Shown here: positions 41,533 through 51,398 of the stretch, in pieces
Layout of the letters: the number at the start of each line of letters is the position of its first letter
Position numbering within the stretch: the first letter of the stretch is position 1
Source: Macrostomum lignano
Lineage: Eukaryota
Direction of reading: 5' to 3'
Assembly: GCA_002269645.1 (NCBI GenBank)
Contig: NIVC01001415.1
Span: forward strand, 1 to 64,000
DNA length: 64,000 bases
The notes under the pieces: model-generated
Told to the model about the DNA's origin: nothing
Database searches by the model: none
What the model saw: only the letters and a program-made list of their open reading frames with translations
Translations under genes and position numbers: made by a program

Positions 41533-44500
41533 TGTCTGTCTGTCTGTCTGTCTCTCTGTCTCTCTGCCGGTCTGTCGGTCTGTCTATTCATTCACCTGTT
41601 CTTAAGTGTCTACCTGTACTTCGCACCTGTATTTCCTTCCCATCGCAAAAGCCACATAACTAGGCTTGACTTCCTGAACTCCCCCCCCCCCAACCGCAGG
41701 TGTTCAGCTGCCTGCGCCTGCTGATCCTGGCCAAGCCGTCAATCCTGCACTCGGTCTGCCGGCAGGTTGTGTACGGCCTGCACGACCTCATCAACACGCA
41801 CGCCCAGTCGGTGCACAGCGAAGCGGACTGGCGCATTCTGTTCGCTCTGCTGGAGGTCTGTGGCGCTGGGGCGCTGCCGTCTCTCGTCTACCGGGCTGAG
41901 GTCGCCTCCAGCCTGCCAGAGGGCTTCGGGCCAGCGGCTCAGCAGCAGCAGATTGGCGTGGAGGCTGGTAGGCTGAAATTTTTAGTAGTGTGTTGACTCA
42001 TTTGGGTGGGTTGCTGAATCATTCTGAGTAGGGTGCTGACTCATTCTAAGTAGGGTGCTGGCTCATTCTGAGTAGGGTGTTGACTCATTCTGGATTGAGT
42101 GCTGACTCACTCTGGGTTGAGTGCTGACTGATTCTATCTAGGGTGCTGACTCATTCTGGGTTGAGTGCTGACTCATTCTGAGAAGGGTGCTGACTCATTC
42201 TGGCTAGGATGCTGACTCATTCTGGCTAGGATGCTGACTCATTCTGAGTAGGGTGCTGACTCATTCTGGCTAGGATGCTGACTCATTCTGAGTAGGGTGC
42301 TGACTCATTCTGGCTAGGATGCTGACTCATTCTGAGTAGGGTGCTGACTCATTCTGGCTAGGATGCTAACTCATTCCGGCTAGGGTGCTGACTCATTCTG
42401 GGTTGACTGCTGACTCATTCTGAGTAGGGTGCTGACTCATTCTGGCTAGGATGCTGACTCATTCTGAGTTGAGTGCTGACTCATTCTGAGTAGGGTGCTG
42501 ACTCATTCTGGCTAGGATGCTGACTCATTCTGGATTGAGTGCTGACTCACTCTGGGTTGAGTGCTGACTCATTCTGAGAAGGGTGCTGACTCATTCTGGG
42601 TTGAGTGCTGACTCATTCTGAGAAGGGTGCTGACTCATTCTGGCTAGGATGCTGACTCATTCTGAGTTGAATGCTGACTCATTCTGAGTAGGGTGCTGAC
42701 TCATTCTGGCTAGGATGCTAACTCATTCCGGCTAGGGTGCTGACTCATTCTGGGTTGACTGCTGACTCATTCTGAGTAGGGTGCTGACTCATTCTGGCTA
42801 GGATGCTGACTCATTCTGAGTTGAGTGCTGACTCATTCTGAGTAGGGTGCTGACTCATTCCGGCTAGGGTGCTGACTCATTCTGGGTTGAGTGCTGACCC
42901 ACTCCGATCTCCGCGCTTGTTGCCAGACCTGGCCTCCAGCGACGGCCGAGCATCGCCGGCCTCAACCAACGCCGACCGACCAAGCGGCCGCGGCTACACC
43001 AGCGACTCCGAGCTGTACGACGCTAACAAGCGAGTCGGCAGCGGCGGCGGCTCCGGCGGCGATCGGGACGTCCGCATGGACCCGAGCACGGGCAGCTGGG
43101 TGCTGGTGGACCGCGACATGTCCGCCTCAGCCCAGGACGTGTCCGGCCCCGCCTCGTCTGCCGGCTCGTCAGCTGGAGCCACTGCGGCGGCGGCTGCGGC
43201 CACGGTGGCTGCTGGCACGGGCGGGTACGACGGCCAGCGATCGGACAGCAGCCCACTGGTTCACCAGGTTGGTTTGGTGACTTGGATTGGTTTGGGCTGT
43301 GGGGAAATCTGCAATAAGTCAATAGAGTCCTCCTGAAAGGAGAATCCTCCCCTATCCACCCACGTCAGAATGCTCCTGTGTCTGCCCCGAGATCCTGCAT
43401 CCGCTCTCGATAATCCTCTATCAGCCCATGAGAATCCTTCATCCGGCCATAGAATTCTACACCCGCCCCTAAGAATCCTACATCCGCCCCTAAGAATCCT
43501 ACATCCGCCCCTAAGAATCCTACATCCGCCCCTAAGAATCCTACATCCGCCCACGAGAATCCTAGACAGTATGCATCGAAAGTATCGATTCAAACCAGTC
43601 TATAAACGATGAGTTTTTCGCCAACTCCGCCATGCAGGTGATGCAGAACTGCCCTCCGGTGAACCAGTACAGCATCGCTTTGCAAGAGGACCTTCGGCAT
43701 CACGACACTAAAGCTCTGGTGCGCGCCTGCGAGACTCTTAGCTTTGTCATCCGGGACTCGGCCCACGTCACCCCGGCCAACTTCGAGTCCTGCATCCACG
43801 CACTGCGCGTCTTCATCGAGGCCTCGCTGCACGGCGGCCGGAGCCGGCGCCGCAGCTTCCGCTCGCAGCTTCATCAGCGAATGCAGGTGCAGATAAGGCT
43901 GGTCGTAATAAATGTTGAAAATCCTTACAGTAAAATATATATATAGTATTCGTAGGTCCTATTCTGCAGGATTCCTTAAAGCCATCAGATGTCCCATCTG
44001 TCCCCAAGATTAACCCCAGTCGCCCCCAAGATCATCACCATCCGCCTCAAGAATCCGCCCCCAATAATCCTCCCCCATTCGCCTCGACTCCTCTCTCAAC
44101 CCTCCAAGATTCCATCCTCATCCGCCCCTAAGAAATCTCCCCCATTCGCCCCAAAGAATCCTCCCTCATCCTTCCGATTCCTCTCTCATCCGCCCCCAAG
44201 AATCCTCTCATCCGCCCCCAAGAATCCTCTCATCCGCCCCCAAGAATCCTCTTATCCGCCCCCAAGAATCCTCTCGTCCGCCCCCAAGAATCCTCTTATC
44301 CTCCCGACTCCTCCTCCGCTCCCAAATTGAGCACGAGAATTGCCCGTGAGCGAATTGCCCGTCGAGATTTGCCCTTCCAGAAAACCCTCCCAAATCCGCC
44401 CCTGGAGCCGCCGCTCACCCATTGTCCTCTCCGTCAAAATGCTGCCAGGAGCGGCGCATGGCAGCCGCGGCAGCCGCTGCAGCAGCGGAGCGCGATCGTC

Positions 44501-47500
44501 TCGCTGGCGGCGCTGGCCTCGGCCCTGGCGGCCTGTCGCACTCGGCCTCTCAGCTGCAGCATCACCAGGCCCTGCAGCAGAAGAAGCAGCGCCAGCATCA
44601 GCAGCAGCGCCAGCAGGGCAAGCAGCGGCAGAGAGCGGCAGCTGCAGCAGCGGCAGCCGCAGCCGCGGTCGACGACTCCTCGGACCTGTCGGACCTGGGC
44701 GAAGGCGGCGAAGGCGGGCACAGCGCTGAGGACACTTACCACAGCGTGTCCGTGCAGGTGAGCATCGCCAGTCACGTGATCTGTTCTATCACTTCTATGA
44801 GACCTCATCGGAGAATCCCCCCGCATGCATATTAAAATCAAGTGTTTTCATTTTCACACCATTTTCAGTTTTTTATTTAAAGTAACCTTTTGTTATAGAC
44901 CTATTATTTACAATAAATATAAATACAAGTCGTAGCAGTGCCGCACAAATTTTTACCTTTTAGTAACTTTTGCACTTCATTCCTTGCACTTTTTGTCACC
45001 TAAAAAATCGTGATTTCTTTCCGTTACAAGCGTTTGTCCTATAAATTTTGTACATACAATTTTAATTTCAGGATAAGCTTAAGAACTTAGCATTGGAGGT
45101 ATGTATTGTTCACTGTAGTAGAGACTGCACGCTCAGCTTTTAGCGTTCAAGCTATGTCTGTTTATTCCATCGTCAGCTTTCTTGGCGGTTGGCGGGTCTT
45201 TTAAGACTTGTTTGGTTTTGGATTTTTTAATCATTGATCGAAAATGAACGATTGGAGGCAACGCTGGGACAACTGGAAGTCACCCGATTGGCCCTGGCTG
45301 CTCTGTTACACCTGCAGATTGTGTAAATTGTGAAAATTTATTATCCGATACATATCGGTAGTGAAATTTCTAGCTGTAACTGGCTGCAGCGAATCTCCAT
45401 ACCCATCACTCTACCCTCCTACTTTACGCTACCCTCCCGCCTTCACGCTACTCTCCCCATTTACACTACTCTCTACCCCCTTCAGGCTTCCCTCTCCGCC
45501 TTCACACTACCCTATACCCTTCACGCTATCATCTTCCCCTTCACATTAACCTCTCCCCTTCACGCTACCCTTCCCCTTCACACTACCCTCTCCCCTTCAC
45601 GCTACCCTCTCCCTTCACACTACCCTCTCCCCTTCACACTACCCTCTCCCCTTCACGCTACCCTCTCCCCTTCACACTACCCTCTCCCTCCACACTACCC
45701 TCTCCCCCCTTCACACTACCTTCTCCTCCCTTCACACTACTATCTCCCCCTTTCACGCTACCCTCCCCCTTCACGGTATCATCTCTCCCATTCACGCTAC
45801 CCTCTCTCCCTTCACACTACCCTCTCTCCATTCACACTACGCTCTCCCTCCACACTACCCTCTCCCCCCTTCACACTACCTTCTCCTCCCTTCACACTAC
45901 TATCTCCCCCTTTCACGCTACCCTCCCCCTTCACGGTATCATCTCCCCCATTCACGCTACCCTCTCTCCATTCACACTACCCTCTCCCTTCACACTACCC
46001 TGTCTCCCTTCACACTACCCTCTCTCCCTTTACACTACCCACTCTCCCTTCACACTACCCTCTCCCCTTCACGCTACCCTTTTCCCCTTCAATATTCTTT
46101 AGCGCCTAGTGAGTCAGCAGCTTTTTGATGCGCCGTTCGATATTCACGCGCTAACAAAATAATGAAAACTAATAGTTTTCTTGACGGTACTAATGTTTTT
46201 ATAATTGCTATCGAAGTATTTTCAAACTCAATTAGTTGGTCCCCTGGGTGTGCAGTAGAACTTGACACTACCAGACCCTAATGCTACCCTGTCGGTACCC
46301 TCTACATCGATGTAGAACACTTCATCAGCCTGTTAGTGTATCCTCAGTTGCAGGGCCACCGCCACCCTCCCAGATCCTCAGTTGCTGGTCTAGCCTACCA
46401 GAGTGTCAGTTGCTGTGCCAGCCTCCCAGAGTGTCAGTTGCTGTGCCAGCCTCCCAGAGTGTCAGTTGCTGGGCCAGCCTCCCAGAGTGTCAGTTGCCGG
46501 GCCAGCCTTCTAGAGTGTCAGTTGCTGTGCCAGCCTCCCAGAGTGTCAGTTGCTGTGCCAGCCTCCCAGAGTGTCAGTTGCTGTTCCAGCCTCCCAGAGT
46601 GTCAGTTGCTGGGCCAGCCTCCCAGAGTGTCAGTTGCCGGGCCAGCCTTCTAGAGTGTCAGTTGCTGTGCCAGCCTCCCAGAGTGTCAGTTGCTGTGCCA
46701 GCCTCCCAGAGTGTCAGTTGCTGTGCCAGCCTCCCAGAGTGTCAGTTGCCGGGCCAGCCTTCTAGAGTGTCAGTTGCTGTGCCAGCCTCCCAGAGTGTCA
46801 GTTGCTGTGCCAGCCTCCCAGAGTGTCAGTTGCCGGGCCAGCCTTCTAGAGTGTCAGTTGCTGTGCCAGCCTCCCAGAGTGTCAGTTGCTGTTCCAGCCT
46901 CCCAGAGTGTCAGTTGCTGGGCCAGCCTCCCAGAGTGTCAGTTGCCGGGCCAGCCTTCTAGAGTGTCAGTTGCTGTGCCAGCCTCCCAGAGTGTCAGTTG
47001 CTGTGCCAGCCTCCCAGAGTGTCAGTTGCTGGGCCAGCCTCCCAGAGTGTCAGTTGCTGTTCCAGCCTCCCAGTGTCAGCTGCTGGACCAGCCTCCCAGA
47101 TCCTCAGCTGCTGGGCCACGGCTGCTTTCCCAAATCCCATTGCATTGAGAGTCTCAGAATGCCAATTTTCAATATCAGTTTTCGTCAATCGCAAATCCCA
47201 TAACTCTCCCAAATCCCCACTGAACCCCCTCAGCTGCTCGACCTGATGCACACTCTGCACATCCGGGTGGCAACCATATTCAAAAGCTGGTCGCCGCAGG
47301 AGAAATCGTCGGACTGCAGCGTGTCGTGCGCCTACCTGTGGGACACCTGCTGGTGCCCGCTGCTGCAGGGCATGGCGCGGCTCTGCTGCGACAACCGCAA
47401 GCCGGTGCGCATGCAGGCGCTGACCTACCTGCAGCGCTCCCTGCTGTTCCACGATCTTCGCAGCCTGACGCCCGGCCAGTGGGAGATGTGCTTCAACAAA

Positions 47501-48535
47501 GTGCTGTTCCCGCTGCTGTCCACCCTGCTGGAGGCGCCAGTGAACCCCTCGGATCCAGCAGGGACTGAGGAGACCCGGGTTCGAGCCTCTACTCTGCTAT
47601 GCAAAGTTTTCCTCATGCACCTGAGCCCGCTGCTCAACCTGCCCACCTTCACTGCCCTGTGGCTCACCATATTGGACTTCATGGAGAAGTACATTCGGGC
47701 TGACAAGTCTGAGCTGCTGGTGAGTCTGCCGTGGTCTCTGCTGTGCTCGCTCTAAATTGCCATTATTACCATATCTAGCTGCATTCTGATTGGTTGGGAC
47801 TGATGTGTCATTGTTATCATATCTAGCTACATTCTGATTGGTTGGGACTGATGTGTCATTATTACCATATCTAGCTGCATTCTGATTGGTTGGGATTGAT
47901 GTGTCATTGTTATCATATCTAGCTGCATTCTGATTGGTTGGGACTGATGTGTCATTGTTATCATATCTAGCTGCATTCTGATTGGTTGGGACTGATGTGT
48001 CATTGTTATCATATCTAGCTGCATTCTGATTGGTTGGGACTGATGTGTCATTGTTATCATATCTAGCTGCATTCTGATTGGTTGGGACTGATGTGTCATT
48101 GTTATCATATCTAGCTGCATTCTGATTGGTTGACACTCTTCTTTCGCCCCGGCCAATCAGATCGAGGCCATCCCGGAGTCGCTGAAGAACATGCTGCTGG
48201 TGATGGACAATGCCTGCATCCTGCGCCAGTCCCGCCTGTGGGACCTCACGTGGCACCGCATCGGCGCCTTCCTGCCCAGCCTGATGGAGGAGTTGTTCCC
48301 CCAGCCCAAGGAGGCTGTGGCCGAAGTTGTCGAGAATCAGCCGACTAAATCGCCGCCTTCTGCGACCGTAGCTCCGCCTGCGCCAGCTGACTCCCCCGAA
48401 GCTGCGGGTCAGCAGCAGCAGCCGGCAGCAGTGCCGAAGCTGGTGCCGCCAGCTGCAGAGCAGCAGGAGCCTGAGCAGCAATCGCCTCTGCAGCAGCAGC
48501 AAAAGTTCTCTGCTGGAGTTGTGCAGCAACTGTGA
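28919..48535 (+). CDS. GBF1: Golgi-specific brefeldin A-resistance guanine nucleotide exchange factor 1 (large Sec7 Arf-GEF), ~1985 aa
   Basis: Exons: 28919-29011, 31184-31510, 32135-32665, 34016-34424, 35061-35386, 35539-36327, 36999-37454, 38199-38474, 38550-38794, 39163-39640, 41700-41967, 42927-43267, 43638-43886, 44449-44757, 47234-47719, 48161-48535. Phases are consistent, total 5958 nt. GBF1 signatures: DCB ([14 protein letters not shown]), [13 protein letters not shown] box ([14 protein letters not shown]), Sec7 catalytic [59 protein letters not shown]. Confidence 0.97.
29100..31090. repeat. ~29-bp minisatellite (GAACTACCATTGGGGTAGCTTCTCACAGA) with 17-bp short variants, GBF1 intron 1
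   Basis: Tandem unit on both sides of the insertion at 30183-30652. Confidence 0.93.
30183..30652. mobile_element. Non-autonomous foldback/MITE-like element
   Basis: Long inverted arms (TTTCACAAACGCG..CACAACCGCTAAA versus TTTAGCGGTT..CGCGTTTGTGAAA) built from ~16-bp subrepeats around a ~29-bp spacer. It interrupts a minisatellite unit; no clear TSD. Confidence 0.78.
31565..32075. repeat. 24-bp minisatellite (GCAGCCTCTCTTAGCTGTGGTATT), ~21 copies, GBF1 intron 2
   Basis: Period of 24, highly homogeneous. Confidence 0.97.
32712..33975. repeat. ~28-bp minisatellite family (GTTGCTGGGCCAGCCTCCCAGATCCTCA / ..GAGTGTCA), GBF1 intron 3
   Basis: Tandem variants; same family at 36470-36870 and 46365-47115. 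Confidence 0.93.
34545..35040. repeat. 21-bp minisatellite (CCCACAATGCCGATCACGAAT), GBF1 intron 4
   Basis: Tandem unit read directly. Confidence 0.92.
36470..36870. repeat. ~28-bp CTGGGCCAGCCTCCCAGATCCTCAGTTA array, GBF1 intron 6
   Basis: Same family as the intron-3 array. Confidence 0.92.
37493..38152. repeat. 29-bp minisatellite (TCAAGATTGGACACCCACTCCCCCAGTGC), ~22 copies, GBF1 intron 7
   Basis: Period of 29. Confidence 0.95.
38903..39122. repeat. 33-bp minisatellite (GGTCTAAAAATAGAATCTGACATCATCCCCAAT), ~6.5 copies
   Basis: Period of 33. Confidence 0.93.
39658..41580. repeat. Compound (TGTC)/(TGCC)/TTAGTG satellite, GBF1 intron 10
   Basis: Tandem 4-bp motifs with TCTTAGTG and TCTCAGTG punctuation. 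Confidence 0.95.
41993..42898. repeat. 22-bp minisatellite (GGGTGCTGACTCATTCTGAGTA), ~41 copies
   Basis: Period of 22. Confidence 0.95.
43455..43562. repeat. 21-bp repeat (CATCCGCCCCTAAGAATCCTA), ~5 copies
   Basis: Tandem; a related degenerate array lies in the next intron. Confidence 0.85.
44000..44320. repeat. Degenerate ATCCGCCCCCAAGAATCCTCTC array
   Basis: Imperfect tandem related to 43455-43562. Confidence 0.75.
45400..46085. repeat. Pyrimidine-rich CACACTACCCTCTCCCCTT degenerate array
   Basis: Imperfect tandem with a ~160-bp internal duplication (45690/45850). Confidence 0.85.
46365..47115. repeat. ~28-bp GTTGCTGTGCCAGCCTCCCAGAGTGTCA array, GBF1 intron 14
   Basis: Same family as introns 3 and 6. 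Confidence 0.93.
47760..48133. repeat. 48-bp minisatellite (ATTCTGATTGGTTGGGACTGATGTGTCATTGTTATCATATCTAGCTGC), ~8 copies, last GBF1 intron
   Basis: Period of 48. Confidence 0.95.
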
Positions 48536-48699
48536 TTTAGTGAAATCGGGAGGAGGCGCAGCTGACTCCGCATTGACAATTTGTTTAGATTTTGTCTCCA
48601 TGTCTGACTGATTGGTTTTTATTCTGTTTGTGCGCACTTGCTTCTCTGTCAAGCTGGTTGGTTTTTAGTTACTGCTCTCTGTGTTATTAGTAGCATTTT

Positions 48700-48927
48700 T
48701 GGTTGCTATGGTAGCAAAATTAGTTGCTCTGTTAGCATTATTGGTTGCTATGGTAGCAAAATTGGTTGCTATGGTAGCATTATTGGTTGCTATGGTAGCA
48801 AAATGGGTTGCTATGGTAGCAAAATTGGTTGCTATGGTAGCATTATTGGTTGCTATGGTAGCAAAATGGGTTGCTATGGTAGCATTATTGGTTGCTATGG
48901 TAGCAAAATTGGTTGCTATGGTAGCAT
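48700..48927. repeat. 21-bp minisatellite (GGTTGCTATGGTAGCAAAATT) just downstream of the GBF1 stop
   Basis: Tandem unit containing the hairpin TTGCTA-TGG-TAGCAA. Confidence 0.9.
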
Positions 48928-49423
48928 TTAATGGTCGATGGTAACATCCTTGATTGCTATGGTAGTATCACTGCTTAGATGCTACGGTAGCATTCTTAGT
49001 TACTATCGTAACATCACTGGCTGGTTCCTGTGGTAGTATCACTAGCTGATTTAATAGTTGCTATAGTTGCAGTACTAATTGGTCTTTTTGGTAGCAGCAC
49101 TAAATGCTATAGTGAGAATACTAGTTAATTATTGCTTTCAGTGGGGACCAGCTTTAATTCCAATTTAATCGATGATAAAATATTTGATTCCCAGACTCAA
49201 TGTGCGCTCGTAAAGTCGCTTTGAAACTGCGAAAGTTTTATTCCATTTGTCTGTTTATATCCAGTTTTTTGAGTCTAGTGATTGAAGAATATTGTCTTTA
49301 TTAAATCATATTTACTGATTCTGATTTTCGAACTTGACCCCCTCATCCTAAAGCTCTCGACCCTGCTCTTTCTTCCAGTCAGCTGTGTGGAACCCCCTCT
49401 CAGCTGCATTCCCCCTCTGGCCT

Positions 49424-50602
49424 AATCGCTAATATCTGACACTAATATCAGCCTAATCAGTGTCAGCATGATCGCTAATATCTGACACTAATATCAGCCT
49501 TAATCAGTGTCAGCATGATCGCTAATATCTGACACTAATATCAGCCTAATCAGTGTCAGCATGATCGCTAATATCTGACACTAATATCAGCCTAATCAGT
49601 GTCAGCATGATCGCTAATATCTGACACTAATATCAGCCTTAATCAGTGTCAGCATGATCGCTAATATCTGACACTAATATCAGCCTAATCAGTGTCAGCA
49701 TGATCGCTAATATCTGACACTAATATCAGCCTAATCAGTGTCAGCATGATCGCTAATATCTGACACTAATATCAGCCTTAATCAGTGTCAGCATGATCGC
49801 TAGTATCTGACACTAATATCAGCCTTAATCAGTGTCAGCATGATCGCTAATATCTGACACTAATATCAGCCTTAATCAGTGTCAGCATGATCGCTAGTAT
49901 CTGACACTAATATCAGCCTTAATCAGTGTCAGCATGATCGCTAATATCTGACACTGATATCAGCCTAATCAGTGTCAGCATGATCGCTAATATCTGACAC
50001 TAATATCGGCCTTAATCAGTGTCAGCATGATCGCTAATATCTGACACTAATATCAGCCTTAATCAGTGTCAGCATGATCGCTAATATCTGACACTAATAT
50101 CAGCCTTAATCAGTGTCAGCATGATCGCTAATATCTGACACTAATATCAGCCTAATCAGTGTCAGCATGATCGCTAATATCTGACACTAATATCAGCCTA
50201 ATCAGTGTCAGCATGATCGCTAATATCTGACACTAATATCGGCCTTAATCAGTGTCAGCATGATCGCTAGTATCTGACACTAATATCAGCCTTAATCAGT
50301 GTCAGCATGATCGCTAGTATCTGACACTAATATCAGCCTTAATCAGTGTCAGCATGATCGCTAGTATCTGACACTAATATCAGCCTTAATCAGTGTCAGC
50401 ATGATCGCTAGTATCTGACACTAATATCAGCCTTAATCAGTGTCAGCATGATCGCTAATATCTGACACTAATATCGGCCTAAATCAGTGTCAGCATGATT
50501 GCTAATATCTGACACTAATATCAGCCTAAATCAGTGTCAGCATGATTGCTAATATCTGACACTAATATCAGCCTAAATCAGTGTCAGCATGATCGCTAAT
50601 AT
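49424..50602. repeat. 46/47-bp minisatellite (CTAATATCAGCC(T)TAATCAGTGTCAGCATGATCGCTAATATCTGACA), ~25 copies
   Basis: Period of 46-47; lies between GBF1 and CTNS. Confidence 0.96.
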
Positions 50603-51398
50603 CACTAGTATCCGTCTCAATTGCTGAGTTAGTGTCAGATAACTACCTAGTGGGTGTCAGAGGACCAAAAGTTGGTGTCAGATTTGGCTCCATTATATTG
50701 AGGGCCATCTGACACGAATTCATTGAAGTAACGCCCTGCTCGGTTCTAAGCATGAATGATCATCCGCCTTGCCCGTTTTCATTGGTTTCTGGGAATCGCT
50801 TACTCAATGCGGAAATGCCGACTTCATGGGCTTCGGCTCTGGCGCAATTCTAAAGTACTATCACTATATTATTTATTAATATCGTTAACAAGTTTATATG
50901 CTCGATATTCACTACTTATGCGTGCACATTTTTGGTCAGTAGTATATAGCAGCGGGTGTTGTAAACGTGAATAATTTTATTAATCACCCAGTACTGTAGT
51001 TGTCAGGCTGACAGCAGTGTCACACTATGCTTCTGTTTGTGCTGGTTATACCGTCTTCTCAGCCTGATTCTATCTGTCGATTGTGTTGTCCTCTCGTGTC
51101 CAAGCCTCGTTTTTGTGCCCCCCTTCCCCCCTGTTATAATTGTTTTCTTACAGATGACAGACAAATATAAATTCAGAGGAAATCTTTCTTGCTTTTTGAA
51201 GCTGTCCGGATTGGCGTATTGGAGACTGAAACAGCTGTGATTGCTTTTTTGTCTTCATTGCTAATTAAATAGTTTAGCCAGCAGATTAACAATACGACAC
51301 GAGAATCGCTTTATTTTACAATTTTGGACTGCCAAAATAGGTTGAAAAAAGGCCCTATTATTCTACTTATCAGTAGTGCAGCATTTTCTATCTTGCAG

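Noticed and set aside
47597-48652. 351-aa minus-strand ORF
   Set aside because: Antisense to GBF1 exons 15-16 plus the 48-bp intronic repeat.
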